NCBI GenBank assembly: GCA_964016885.1
Contig: OZ024742.1
Location: 28,024,001-28,088,000 of the forward strand
DNA from: Eledone cirrhosa
Taxonomy: Eukaryota
Direction of reading: 5' to 3'
DNA length: 64,000 nt
Positions 16,151-30,593 of the stretch are shown here, piece by piece. The stretch's first letter is position 1. Each line of letters opens with the position of its first letter. The translations under genes were made by a program, and so were the position numbers. The notes beneath the pieces are model-generated. The model worked only from the letters and a program-made list of their open reading frames with translations. It made no database searches and was not told where the DNA came from.

Positions 16151-16731
16151 AAGGATTTCACTGATTTGGTTTCAATTATTCAACCAGTTTAAGGTTATAC
16201 AGGGGCCATATCTTAAAGAGTTTCACTGATCATATCAATGCCAGTATTTAATTGAATCCTTTTTGAATTATCGATCCCTACTGAACTATAATATTTTGGG
16301 TCTGAGGTAATGGAAAATGATATTTTCCCAACATGTCACAAAGTGATATCAAACATAATACCTTATGATTGTGAAGCAAACTCCTTAATCATTCTGAATC
16401 CATATGCTGTGACCCCGGTGAGGCCAGCACTAATAGAGGGCAAAACTGCCAAAGTTCATCTCAACGGCTGATGACTATGGAGTTTCGAGCCTTTCGTTTG
16501 TATGTTTATTTTTTTCAAAATAAATTTTTAAGGTTCCCTTTAAAAATTGTTTTTATTTTGTTTACGTTCATTGTCTTGTCATTTCTTTGTTAATTTTCTA
16601 AAATTTATATATATATATACATATATAGGGCGACCGACTAAAGTAGAAGATGCTAGATGGTCGGTCGTCCTCTTGTCTATGATTTTCAGCCCCATGGATT
16701 TTATCTGTTATATTCCTTTGTTATATTTCGA

Positions 16732-16789
16732 ATACCTGATGATATCACCGGATTCATACGGAACCCGGTCATTGAAATGATCATAGTAT
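16732..16789 (+). ncRNA. Type-I hammerhead ribozyme with palindromic helix III
   Basis: atac-CTGATGA(16736-16742)-...accgg...ccggt...-GAAA(16774-16777)-tgatca-TA-gtat, with an ATGATCAT palindrome. Lies in a TA-flanked element (~16628-16990) with ttgagtact at 16903. Confidence 0.8.
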
Positions 16790-16992
16790 AATAAACCTTT
16801 CAAGGATTTACACAAGTCCAGCCTCCTGTTATTTTATTATAATAATTAACTCCGTACTCGCACCACCAACTACACAAATGAAGACGGGTGAGCTGCATTA
16901 CGTTGAGTACTCTCCATAATATTACATCGAGATTGACCATACGGAATGATCAATTCTATCCAGTGGTGAACCAACAAACCTAAATAAATATA

Positions 16993-17272
16993 TTCATTTT
17001 CATTTCATTTCACGTCCGCATTTACCCTGCTTGCAAGGGTGGGACGGGAACTGATTCTGGCTTGATTTCTACAGCTGGATGCCCTTCCTAACACCAACCT
17101 CATTTACAGTGAGTGCTGGGTGCTTTTTTGCCGTGGCACCTCCATGACCACTTTGCAGTGGAATGATATGGACCCCAGTCCCTATCATCTCATTTCTACA
17201 GCTGAGTAAACTGGAGCAAGGTGAAATAAAGTGTCTTGTTCAAGGAAACAACACATCGCCCGGTCTGAGAAT
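16993..17272 (-). mobile_element. tRNA-SINE (RTE-tailed family), 5'-truncated
   Basis: Reverse-complement similarity to 14510-14790. Confidence 0.85.
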
Positions 17273-17624
17273 TATATATATATATACAAATTTAAGGTAT
17301 CATAACATAGATTATGTATGATATTTGTGCTTCTCAGTAGATTTTTTCAGAGCACAAATTATTCAAAATTATAGATGTATGCATATATAGAGAGAAAGGG
17401 CCATATATCTTACGAAAAAATACAGTATTTTATACAGACACAAAAAAACACATATTTAGGGAGAATACGTACTTCAAATTGAAAAAATTTTCCATTTAAA
17501 CTGGAATCATATGATTCCAGTTCCTCAGAGAAATAATAACCCAACCAGGAGCTGGACATATCGGAGTATTGACGGAGTAAACACTTTAACAACATGTGTA
17601 CCTGTCTCTTCAACACCAATTCGG

Positions 17625-17679
17625 ACTGCCTGAAGAGGTCACAGCCAATGAAGGTTGTCACCGAAATATATATAGCAGT
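17625..17679 (+). ncRNA. Type-I hammerhead ribozyme with palindromic helix III
   Basis: actgc-CTGAAGA(17630-17636)-ggt-c-acagcc(aatgaa)ggttgt-c-acc-GAAA(17663-17666)-tatata-TA-gcagt. Confidence 0.85.
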
Positions 17680-17742
17680 ACATCTTTAATAAACGAAGCC
17701 AAATTTTAAATATTTGACTTAATTACTTTATTTTATAGATAT

Positions 17743-20700
17743 ATCATCATCATCATCACCGTTTTACGTCCGTTCTTCCATGCTAGCATGGGTTAGACGG
17801 GTTTTCCTGTTGTGGGCAGTGTCTGGTCGGCGACCATGCCATGTTCATACAGGAACTGATTTTGGCTTGATTTCTACAGCTGGATGCCCTTCCTAACACC
17901 AACCTCATTTACAGTGAGTGCTGGGTGCTTTTTCGTGGCACCTACACGTCTACTTTACAGTGTGGGCTGGGTGCTTTTTGGCCGTGGCACTTCCACGACC
18001 AACTTGCAGTGGGAGGGTGTGGGGGCATATTGTCTATATGCTTCAGCTTGTAGCCATGGAAAGTCGGGTACTCTGTATTACTGCATGACGCCAGAGGTCA
18101 CGGTCGTGTGTCATCACCTTTGAGAGGTTTAATTGGGTAAGGTCGGCTTTTATCACCTCATCCCAGGTCTTCTTGGGTCTCCCCACTCCGCGGTTTCCAT
18201 TGACTTCTAGTGCTCTGCACCTTTTTATGCAGGTGTCATTCTTCATACGCATCACATGTCCATACCAATGCAACCGCCTCTCCTGCACACAGCATTTGAT
18301 TCCTCTTATGCTCAGTCTCTCTCTCAATTCATTTATGCTTTGTCGTTCGCGTATATTACTATTACACATCCATCGGAGCATGCAGGCTTCGTGTCTTTCT
18401 AATCTACGTAAGTCTTCCACCTTCAGCGCCCAGGTCTCACTACCATGTAACATTGCTGTTCGGATACATGCATCATACAGTCTGCCTTTCATTTTGAGCG
18501 AGAAGCCTTTTGCAGCTAGCAGTGGCAGTAGTTCCCTGAACTTCTTCCATCCCATTCTTACCCTAGTTATTGTACTTTCTGAACACCCACCTCTGCTGCT
18601 AATTCGGTCACCTAGGTAGCAGAAGCTGTCTACTGTTTCTACAGCGCCCTCCCAGAGATTGGTGGTACTTGTTTCCTGTGGCTGTTTGCTGCTGTCCCAG
18701 CACAGCTGCTGCATGTGAAGCCTACATTCTTAATTAAGCTTCCTGAGATCCCGCTACATCCCTTGTGTACCCATTGTTTGCATTTGGGGCAGAGAATGGA
18801 GTTCCTACCTACACCTTTACATACTGAGCAAGGCCATTTCTCTGAGGGGGATCTGGGTTCTGTTTTCTCGTCTACTTACAAGGACCTTAGTCTTTGTCAT
18901 GTTGACTTTGAGACCCTTTATTTCTAGTTCCTGCTTCCAAGTTTGGAATTTCTTCTCTAGTTCTACCATAGATTCAGCTATAAGTGCGAGGTCATCAGCA
19001 TACAGGAGTTCCCATGGGCATCCGGTCTTAAACTCCTCCATTATTGCCTGCAGGACTATGATGAACAGGAGTGGGCTAAGAACAGAGCCCTGGTGGACAC
19101 CAGCCTGTACGTTAAATTCGTCGCTATACTCATTGCTAATCCTAACTTTGCTGACTGCTCCCCTATACATGGCTTGTACAGCTTTCACAAGCCATTCATC
19201 TACTCCTAGTTTTCTAAGAGCCCACCAGATTAGAGAACGTGGAACTCTGTCAAAGGCTTACTTGAGATCGCCGAATGCCAGGTAGAGTGGCTTACTTTTA
19301 ACTAGGTACTTTTCCTCTAACTGCCTCACAAGGAAGAGGGCATCAGTGGTGCCTCATCCTGGTACAAATCCAAATTGCATCTCATCTAGTTTAACCCGAT
19401 TCCTAATCAACTGTGCTATAACTCTTTCTGTTACTTTCATGACCTGGTCCACCAGCTTTATACCTCTATAGTTTCCTCTATCTAGTGCATCACCTTTACC
19501 TTTGTAGCAGTTGACAATGATGCTACTGCACCAATCTTTTGGTATGACACCTTTTAGTATTACCTGGTTAACAATACGTGCGGTTATAGTGTGACCTGCA
19601 TCTCGGCAGCTATACCCGATGGACCGGTTGCCTTCCCCATCTTCATATCTCTGATTGCCTTACTTACTACGCTGCCGCTGACTTGTACTGCTGGCCCCTC
19701 TATAGGGTCTACTTGGGGTAGGGTCTCTTCTTCCCATGCATTCTCCTCATTTAGTAATCTATCATAATGGCTCTTCCATGCATCTTTCTTCTCAGCACTT
19801 GTGAGGGCAAGCTCACCTTTATCATTCCGGATACACTTCTCTCCAAGGACATCGCAATTCTCTCTGACACACTGCCTCGCAATCTTGAACACTTCCTGTT
19901 TCTGGTCCTCACGTTGCAAAACATGCTTGAATGTCCTATCCTCTGCTTCCCTCCTAGCTAACTTTACTTGTCGCCTAGCTTCCCTCTTGGTCTCTATGTA
20001 ATGTACCCTGCTCCCCCCATTCTTCCATTCTTTCCATGCCTGTCTCTTGGCCTTAACTGCCTCATCTACCTTATTGTTCCACCACCAAGTCACTCTCCTC
20101 CTGCTTGTGGTCTTACTCCAGCCACAGATCTCATCCGTCGCCTCTAGTAAGTTATTTTTTAGGAATTCCCGGTGCTTTTCTACATTGAATGTCTCTATCT
20201 GTTCTTCGTTACTGTCGTAGGCGTTGAGTAAAATATCTTTAAATCTGTTACTGGCTGAGGGGTCTTTCAGCTTCCAGATCTTTTTTCTCCAGGTTGGCCT
20301 CTGTTTCCAGGTACGTCTAGTTCTGACCGTGAGGTTGCTGACAACTAACCTATGTTGGGAGGTACATTCCTCACTAGGGAAGGCTTTTGTGTTTACGACC
20401 GTCCATCTGTCACGTCCTCTGGTGAGGATAAAATCTATCTGAATAGAATGCTCCCCTGATCTATAGGTGATCAGGTGGTTGTCAGGTTTTTTGAAGTTTG
20501 TGTTACATATTGACATGTCATTGGCGTAGCAGAATTCTAGAAGTCTGAATCCTTCCTCATTTCTTGTGCCAACCCCGTGGCCTCCATGGACTCTATTGAA
20601 GCCGTTACAGTGTTTACCTATGTGTCCGTTAAAATCTCCTGTGATGATTAGGAAGTCATTGTCGTTTGTTAGAGTAGTAGTGTGCATTAGGGACTCGTAA

Positions 20701-20761
20701 AATCTATCCTTAAGTTCGTCTGGTAACCCCGATTGAGGTGCGTAAGCTGATATTATTGTGG
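17743..20761 (-). mobile_element. RTE LINE (subfamily 1), ~3 kb, 5'-truncated within the endonuclease, frameshifted
   Basis: APE motifs ISAYAPQ, GDFNGHIG, QIDFIL, SQHRLV; RT motifs GVHQGSVLSPLLF and LLYADDL; C-terminal RRLHWYGHV; (GAT)n tail. Confidence 0.97.
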
Positions 20762-21235
20762 TATATATATGTAAATGTATACATGTGTTTTTGATTATAG
20801 TCATTAATACATGTACCACAATCTTTCTGTTTCTCAAATCTCAAGTTGCACATTTCCAATCAAAATAATATAATTAATGAGTCAATTAATTAATAGAAGT
20901 AATTGCTTATAAAGCTTAAGAAAAATAGAATTTAAACTTAAATCTAATAAGAAATATTTTAAACAGAAGTCAATAATTGAATTTTAATTATGATTATTCT
21001 AAAATAGGCTTAGTGTAGGTGGATTAAGGCAGATTATATATACATAGAAACATACAAACATACATGTAGATGTGTGTATAGATGTATGTGGGTGTGTATG
21101 TATATAAATGCTTACATTTATATACACATATATATATGTTTATATATATATGTGTGTGTATATATGCATATGTATATATGTTTATATATACATATATATA
21201 TGTATATATTTTAATAAATATATACATATATATAT

Positions 21236-21672
21236 AGTATAAAAAAATGAAAAATCAGTGATGCATCTGGACTCAATTTATTGCGTGTTACAATTGTTTC
21301 ACCAGCAGATAGCTCGAGACATGATCACTGTATGGATCTGGCTAATTCTAGGTTCCTTCGGACACATGCAATTCTTTCGGAGCAAATTTTCTCACCGGAG
21401 TGTTATCATCAAAAAACACCTTCAGAGAAAATTTTCTCCGAAAGAATTGCATGTTTCCGAAGGAACCTGCAGCCGTAGAATCAGCCAATACATACAATGA
21501 TCATGTCTCGAGCTACCTGCTGGTGAAACAATTGTAACACGTAATAAACTGAGTCCAGATGCATCACTGATTTTTCGTTTTTTTATACTATTCACACTCT
21601 GCTCTGTATGAATATTGAGTGCTAATTTTGGCATACCACGTATGGAAGCACCATAGCTACCATTAGACATAA
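21236..21672 (+). mobile_element. Fold-back element (~160-bp arms) carrying a hammerhead 3' half
   Basis: 21236-21395 is inverted to ~21425-21590. GAAA-caattg-TA at 21525-21536 and tattgagtgct at 21613. Confidence 0.65.
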
Positions 21673-21673
21673 G

Positions 21674-21715
<42 letters not shown>

Positions 21716-21791
21716 TATACACACACACATACACACATATACATACATATATACACACACACACATATATAAATATATATTTAAACATATA

Positions 21792-22708
<917 letters not shown>

Positions 22709-23308
22709 GAATAGCTCTGGTGGCATGGAGAAGGGAGGCTGGTATGCATGGACGACTACTGGTCTTCCACAAATAACCTTGCACGGATTTGTGCCTCTGA
22801 GGGGAAACTTTCTAGATGCAAATCCCATGGTCATTCATGACCAAAGGGGTCTTTACCCTTTTATTTATATGAGTGAGACACTCTCACCCGACTAACCTTG
22901 CCTCAAATTGGGACAACTCCTGTCTAACGCATGCTAGCATAGCAGATGGACGTTAACCGATGATGATGATGATATATATATATATATAAGTGAAAATCAG
23001 TTGTGTATGAGCAAAACAGTCATCCGACCTGGCTGTTCACACAAAAGGGCAGCTCATCTAACCCATGCTAGCATGGAAAATGTATGTTAAAAGATGGTGA
23101 TAATGATGCTGATATATATATATATATATCCAGGGGGTCTATAGCATTTTAAAGGGTCCGTCGAGCCGCCTATTATTGAGTCGGGTAGGATCGATACAGA
23201 TCGAACCTTGAGCTGATCAGTGGCGAAACGCATATCACCTACCAATAAATGCAATGAAGGAGTAATCAATCGTCCTTGTTATCCTTTCAATATATATATA
23301 TATATATA

Positions 23309-23366
23309 TAAATGTAAGTATGTATGTATACGTACATACATATATGTATACAGACGTACAGTAGCA

Positions 23367-23434
<68 letters not shown>

Positions 23435-23688
23435 CAGGTACACATACATATATGCACGCTTCAGTTTAGCGGACGCTTATTATAACGCCGCTTTGTTCGT
23501 TTGTCAACAAACTGAACAGCTTGAAACTAGTACATCGTTCCTGTGTCAGTGTTGAACAAAAAGGTGACGTGGTTGCCTTAACACCGTATGGCATAAATTC
23601 AGGCTGTTCAATTTGTTGACAAACGAACAAAGCGGCGTTATAATAAGCGTCCGCTAAACTGATGCGTGCATATATGTATGTGTACCTG

Positions 23689-23724
<36 letters not shown>

Positions 23725-23781
23725 TGCTACTGTACGTCTGTATACATATATGTATGTACGTATACATACATACTTACATTT
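23309..23781. mobile_element. Fold-back / MITE-like element whose long inverted arms include microsatellite
   Basis: 23309-23525 is inverted to 23598-23781 around a ~70-bp spacer. Confidence 0.8.
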
Positions 23782-23835
23782 AAGTAAGTGCCATACTAAG
23801 AGTGAGAAATGAAATTTCGTTTTCATTTTTTTCAA

Positions 23836-23873
<38 letters not shown>

Positions 23874-24602
23874 GTACTAAGAAGATGAAGTGTACAATTA
23901 AGTTTCATCTGTGTATATACACCATGGGTATGTTGACTTTACCATGCTTGAATGAATAGGACTGATTTTTCTCATCACCTCCTATCACCTCTGCCCAAGT
24001 CTTCCTTGGGCTTCCTCTACTGCAGCTTTCTTCCTCTAGAATTTCCTTACACTTTTTCACCCAGCAGTCATCATTTAGGCACATCACATGTCCATACCAG
24101 TGTATTTTCTCTCATTCACACAACCTCTGATTCTCACTTTTTTCTCAGTATATCCATACTTTATAGTTCACTCACTTTAACATTGCCTATACATCGATCT
24201 ATACTGTCTTCGTTTCTCTCCAGCCTTTGCATATTCTATACATTCAGGTTTGATAATTCAAATGTTTATAGCATCTTTACTAGTGGACAGATTGTTGTGA
24301 TTGTTTGCAGTTAATGTAAATAAACACTTCACTTATTAAAATGATGCATCCATACAGATGCTTTTCATTTCTCAAAAATATCATACTAATGCAGTTTCAT
24401 GTGGTACAGGACTTTAAGAGTTAAATAATGTAACAGCTACATTTAATTGTAAGGTTTCTATGGAGAGAGCTGCTGATGGAGAATATGCTGATACAGATCT
24501 CAATAATGGTGTGAAGATGAAAGTTGTGAAAATGCTTTGTCACCCTGGAGACATATTATATATAGAGGGTTGATCAAATTCTGCAACACTATCAAAAGTG
24601 GA

Positions 24603-24825
24603 ATAATAATAATAATGAAAATGATTGTGTACAGTGCTCAGGTGCACTACAACTCATCAAAGGTGCATATATAGTACATAGAATAATATACAAGTGAATA
24701 GTGTATGAGTCATAACATACATGTGTGCGTGTGTATGGATGGGAATATTAGGTGTAACATTGGCGAATCTCAGGAAGCATGGAGGTTTTAAAGGATGCAG
24801 TGTGTTGACAGCTGATACTGAGGGG
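24603..24825 (-). mobile_element. CR1-type LINE 3' fragment inside an old plus-strand RTE remnant (~24420-25220)
   Basis: Matches 29170-29530. The flanks show decayed RTE motifs (GHVL, GCRRRGIPRKT). Confidence 0.7.
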
Positions 24826-25258
24826 AAAGATATATGCTGCATGTCTGAGGAGTGCTTGATATAAGTGAGGAACATGAAACAAGAAATATGAGTTGTTCAA
24901 GGAATGAATGGATTATTGCTGAGAGAGAGAGATGCGAAGACAAACAATGAATTGCAGAGGATGATGGGAATAAAACCAGTGATATATGGTGTGATGAAGA
25001 ATGGAATGAGAAAGCTGGGTCATGTATTGGGGAAGGATAAAAATAACTGGATGAGAGGAGTAATAGAAATAAATGTAGAAGGATGTAGAAGAAGAGGAAT
25101 ACCAAGAAAGACATGCCTCAAATGATAGAGAAGGAAACAATATCTGGAAATTGTTTTGGGGGGAAATGGTGTTGAGAGGGAAGTGCTTGTCATGGGGCCT
25201 TCAATGCTATCCATTGCTTGAACAGGGGAAATGATCTTATAATAGTTGAGTGTGTGTG

Positions 25259-26743
25259 TATCATCATCATCGTTTAACGTCCATCTTCCACGCTTGCATG
25301 GGTTTGGACGGGAGTTTTCCCACTTGAGGCAAGAGTGGTTGTCTTGCTCGTATAGGACTGTCTGGCAGGTTTTCTATGGCTGGATGCCCTTCCTAACACC
25401 AACCACATTTACAATGTGGACTGGGAGGTTTTTACCGTGTTACCTACACGGCCACATTACGGCGTGGACTGTGTGTTTTTTTGTCGTGACACCTACACGA
25501 CCTCATTTGTTTCGGACTGGATGTTGTGGTACCAACATAACTTTACATTGAAAGGGGTGGTGTGGATGGGGTGGGGGTAGTGAGACGGGGGTGTATTTTT
25601 GTTAGAGGTGCCTACTGACTGTAGTTGGTTTCACTTTGTACTTAGGCAAGGCGGGTCTTCTGTATTACTGTGTAGCACCAAAGATCTCGGTCCAGTGACA
25701 TTGTCTTGGAAAGGTGTAAGTGTGTGAGGTCGGAATTTATTAAGTCGTCCCAGGTTTTTCTGGGTCTGCCTACTCCGTGGCAACCGTCTATTTTTATTGC
25801 CCTGCACTTTATTATACAGCTGTCATCTTTCATGCGCATCACGTGACCATACCAACATAGCCTTCTCTCGAGTAAACAACATCAGATCCCTCTTATTTCT
25901 AATTTTTCCCTTAGTTCGTTTATGCTTTGCCATTCATGTATATTACTATTACACATCCAGCGGAGCATGTAAGCTTCATTCCTCTCCAGTCTGTGTATAT
26001 CCACTGCACACAATGCCCAGGTCTCATTGCCATGCAGCATTGTTGTTCGTATGCAGGCATCATACAGCCTGCCTTTCATTTTTAGAGAGAACCCTTTATC
26101 GGCTAATAGTGGTATAAGCTCTCTGAACTTTTTCCATCCAGTTCTGACTCTAGCTACTGTACTTTCAGAGCACCCTCCCCCACTGCTGATTTTGTCACCC
26201 AGGTAGCGGAAGCTGTCCACTATTTCTATAGAACCATCTGTGCAATGGAAGGAGCTAGTATTCTCTGGGCACTTGCTGCTACTTATTGCACCAGAGCACT
26301 GGCCACATATAAAATCTATGTTCTTAGTTAGCTTACCTCTGATCCCACTACATCTTTTATGCACCCATACTTTGCATTTGGGACATGCAATGGAGTTTCT
26401 ACCTACTCCTTTCCTACACACTGAGCATGGCCATTGATTCAGCTATGAGCGTTAGATCATCTGCGTATAAGAGTTCCCATGGGTAGCCGGTCTTGAACTC
26501 CACTGTTATAGCCTGAAGGGCAATAATAAATAGTAGGGGGCTAAGAACGGAGCCCTGATGAACACCAACTTTTACACTAAACTCTTGACTATATTCGTTG
26601 TTAATTCTAACCTTGCTGACTGTTTCTTTATACATGGCTTGTATAGCTCTCACAAGCCATTCATCAACACCTAGTTTTCTAAGAGCCCACCAGATAATGG
26701 AACGGGGGGACTCTGTCAAAGGCTTTCTCCAAGTCGACAAAAA
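25259..26743 (-). mobile_element. RTE LINE (subfamily 2), truncated with an internal deletion
   Basis: [27 protein letters not shown]-like finger and RTE C-terminus; (GAT)n tail. Confidence 0.95.
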
Positions 26744-26938
26744 TATATATATATATATATTCATACCCCCCACCCCACACACACACATATATATATATAT
26801 TGTTATATTTGGGGAGGGTCATATTGCTATAACATTGCCAGAAATAATAATAAAACACACTCACTGTTTGGTTTGGACTAGTTTTCACTTCTGCACCTTT
26901 TATATCTCCATACTTAATTTATCTGGCAATCAATGTTT

Positions 26939-26987
<49 letters not shown>

Positions 26988-27041
26988 TCCTCATCATATA
27001 AGTGTGTGTGTGTGCATATATATATATATTTGTGTGTGTGC

Positions 27042-27105
<64 letters not shown>

Positions 27106-27980
27106 AAATGTGTGAAATCCTTGGTACAGTTAGGTATAATTTAAAAAAGGAAAAAATGACTTCTTAATTGTAGAATTATAATACTAGATCTACAAAAATA
27201 AATTGTAAAATTATAATATAAAATATATATTAGCCATTTAGCACCAGAAATGAAAGTCAACTTCAGCAGAATGTAAAATACCCCCAGATATTGCAAAACA
27301 TTTTGTTTGACACTTTACTGATTCTTTCATTCTACACCCTATCAAAACAATAATAATTTCTGATATAGACCCAAGCCCAGCAATTTTGAGTGAGAGGAAA
27401 AATCAACTCAATCAACCCAAGGGTATTGTTGGTACGGCCTTGTAAGGATGAAAGGCAAAACTAACCTCAGTGAGATTTGAATTCAGAACATAAAGAGCCA
27501 TAACTCTAAGCTGTGAAATGTTGTCTGATGCTCTAGTGATACTGTTAATCCACCACCCTTATTTTATTCACAATATCTTTATAATAATCAGAACAATCTC
27601 TTATCTTGAGACAGAATCAGAGAATTTTCAAGGAAGGCATCTGATAGAATTTACATTCCACTAGTAAAATAACTGTGGTGTATTTTATCAACAAAATATA
27701 TCACTTTGTTCAGCTCCTCATTCTCTCTGCCACTATTTAACTAAATTCACAAGAAGTAAGATATTGACAGCTAAAAAAAGATTGAATTTCTAAATATTCC
27801 TCGTAACAAAGGAACAAGAATTTAAGTTGATAAAGGATTCATTTTGTAAAAGGAGTTTAGCTGCAGGTTGGGTAGACAGTTTTATCACTTCCAGCATTTT
27901 TGTTTTCACAGAATTTATTCACAAAAATTATATTAGTATATAAGTATCTATCTATTATCTATATGTATATATAGATATAC

Positions 27981-28086
<106 letters not shown>

Positions 28087-28361
28087 GAATATTCATATGT
28101 ATATATATGACTATATATATGTATATATATATATATGAATATATAAACTACCTAAAACATACTGCACAAAATGTGATTACCCACTTAAATAAAATTAAAA
28201 CACACACATATCTATATATATATATATATATATATATAGATATTCATATACACACAAACACACACACACATATCTATATATATATATATATATATATATA
28301 GATATTCATATACACACAAACACACACACATATATATATATCATCATCATCATTTAACATC

Positions 28362-28392
<31 letters not shown>

Positions 28393-28399
28393 TATATAT

Positions 28400-28581
28400 A
28401 TTTAATATAGAAAGGCTTCTACAGGACTAGAACTGTTTCATTCAGGAGAAATCACCAAGAAGCCCTTCCTGATGATTTCTCCCGAATGAAACAGCCTTTT
28501 CTATATTAAATATTTATACTCTGCTTTGTATTGAGTACCTTACTTACTGTTGCTACCCCCGATTGAACCCGGGATAAACTT
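28400..28581 (+). mobile_element. Fold-back hammerhead element (family B) with both hammerhead halves damaged
   Basis: Back-to-back inverted hammerheads meet at ~28464. The plus copy has CTGATGA at 28469-28475 but helix III is deleted; the minus copy core reads TTGGTGA. Confidence 0.75.
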
Positions 28582-28713
28582 ATATATATATATGTATGTA
28601 GTGAAATAATTGTTCTCAGTATGGTGAACTAACTGTTGTGTAACCACTTCTACCTAACTCGTCCCATGGACTGAGTGCTCTACCACTACGTATATTACCT
28701 CCCAGTGTTCTAC

Positions 28714-28746
<33 letters not shown>

Positions 28747-28750
<4 letters not shown>

Positions 28751-28912
28751 AATATAGAAGAGCTTCTAGAACTGTTTCATTCATGAGATCATCAGGAAAC
28801 CCTTCTGATGATTTCTCAGGAATGAAACAGTTCTAGTCCTGTAGAAGCTCTTCTATATTAAAACTTTATACTCTGCTATGTATTGAGTACCTTACTTAAC
28901 CTGGAATAACTT
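28747..28912 (+). mobile_element. Fold-back hammerhead element (family B)
   Basis: ctt-CTGATGA(28805-28811)-tttc(tcag)gaat-GAAA-cag(ttctagtc)ctg-TA-gaag. Inverted partial copy at 28747-28798; tattgagtac at 28881. Confidence 0.8.
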
Positions 28913-29126
28913 ATATATATATATATATTCTTTACATATTGATGGATGTGAGAATGAATACTCAATACTGAAGTAGAGTCTCAATATTTTATATTGTGGT
29001 GAGTGTTGTTACTCTTGAGTTCCACCTTTGTACTTTCATAAATCATCAGAGATCAGATGGTTCTTTGAATGCACACGTGAAACTTCACAGTAACAACACT
29101 TACAACTTAGCCATAATGAACAACAG

Positions 29127-29167
<41 letters not shown>

Positions 29168-29169
29168 AT

Positions 29170-29652
29170 AATGAATAATAATGAAATTATTGTGTACAGT
29201 GCTCAGGTGCACTACAACTCATCAAAGGTGCATGTATAGTACATAGAATAATGTACAAATGTCAGGAAAATAAACAGTGTATGAGTCATGATATAATAAC
29301 AATAACAATAATGAAATATTGTGTACAGTGCCCAGGTGCACCACAACTCATCAAAAAAGTGCATGTACAGTACATAGGGCAATGCACAAACATCAGTAAA
29401 ATGAACAGTGCACGAGTCATGATACACACATGTGTGCATGTGTATGGAAGGGGTACATCAGGTGTAGTTTTGGCGTATTTCGGGAAGCATGAGTGTCTTA
29501 AAGGATGCAGTGTCTCGGCAGCTAACAATTGACGCAGGCAGTTTGTTCCATGCTTCAGCAACTCTGAGCGTGAAAAAATGTCTGCGAAAGTCATGGGAGC
29601 TGTGCTGTTTTCTTATCTTGTAGGCATGTCCACGTGTGTTAGACACATGGAG
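29170..29652 (-). mobile_element. CR1-type LINE 3' end with a duplicated 3' terminus
   Basis: NTRGHAYKIRKQ...FFTLRVAEAWNKLPASIVS...SFK is a CR1-like C-terminus with an (ATT)n-like tail. Other copies at 38790-38920 (-) and 42908-43245 (+). Confidence 0.85.
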
Positions 29653-29685
29653 TATATTAGATATTAGTTTAACAATGATAATAAT

Positions 29686-29873
29686 AATTGTTTCTACTTT
29701 TTGGCACAAGGCCAGCAATTATTCCAGTGTATTACTGGTACTTTATTTTATCGACCCCATAAGGATGAAAGGCAAAGTTAACCTCAGCGGGATTTGAACT
29801 CAGATCATAAAGGGCGGTAACTCTATGCTTCAAGCATGGCGTCTGACCCTCTACCAATACTGCCAATCCACCA
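29686..29873 (-). mobile_element. Second tRNA-derived SINE family
   Basis: Minus-strand head ggtggattggcagtattggtagag...gagttcaaatccc. Homologues at ~27240-27560, 39345-39560, 42243-42430, 47539-47660, 61128-61316 and 62130-62370. Confidence 0.85.
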
Positions 29874-30099
29874 AGGCAAGACCACATTGTATATATATAC
29901 ATTTATAAGAAATGTAAATCTGAGTTTTTCAAACATTAATAATAAAAAAATTCAATTCGTTTACAATTATGCAAACAGCCTCTTAAGCCATGTCAGTAGA
30001 ATGATTCTGTCATTCTTGCTCTTGTGTTGTAATATAAACAGTATGGCAAACACTAATATTTCTGGGTTATTAGCCTTCATCAGTACCGTATACTGTTTA

Positions 30100-30415
30100 C
30101 CTGCCAGTGCTAGGGAAAATATATATTACTTTCTGGAATATAGAGTGACTGATCAGCCTGATTTCCATATCAGCAGACTGCCTGATTAGTCAGATCTGCA
30201 TATTATCAGACCCACTGATCAGCCAGATTTGCATATCACTAATGTTTCTGAGCTGGTGAAACATGCACCTTTTTCCAGACTGTTTACAAACAGACTTACA
30301 GCAAACTGACAATTTCATTAGGAGTGCAGCTTGGGTTTTGACATGTCAGTAAAATGATAGGTTGTCCATATAAGGGTATATAAAAAGCCCCAACTCTTTC
30401 TAATATAGTCACACT
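30100..30415 (+). promoter_or_regulatory. Putative Pol II promoter: CArG box, TATA box and Inr-like site
   Basis: CCATATAAGG 30366-30375, TATATAAAAAG 30377-30387 and tagtc 30406-30410. Upstream are TGTTTAC (30104, 30281), ATTTGCAT (~30227) and TGACATGTCA (~30339). Confidence 0.35.
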
Positions 30416-30593
30416 CTACTATCAAGTACTCTTTTGAATAATGGTCTATCTAGTTTAACACTGGTTTTAGCCTGATATACATATATACGTACATACATAT
30501 ATATATATAAGTTTATCCCGGGTTCAATCGGGGATAACCACAGTAAGTAAGGTACTCAATACAAAGCAGAGTATAAATATTTAATATAGAAAA

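Noticed and set aside
23180-23245. CTGATCA...GAAA with a ggtagg/cctacc stem
   Set aside because: Core G8 is missing and the helix geometry is inconsistent with a hammerhead.
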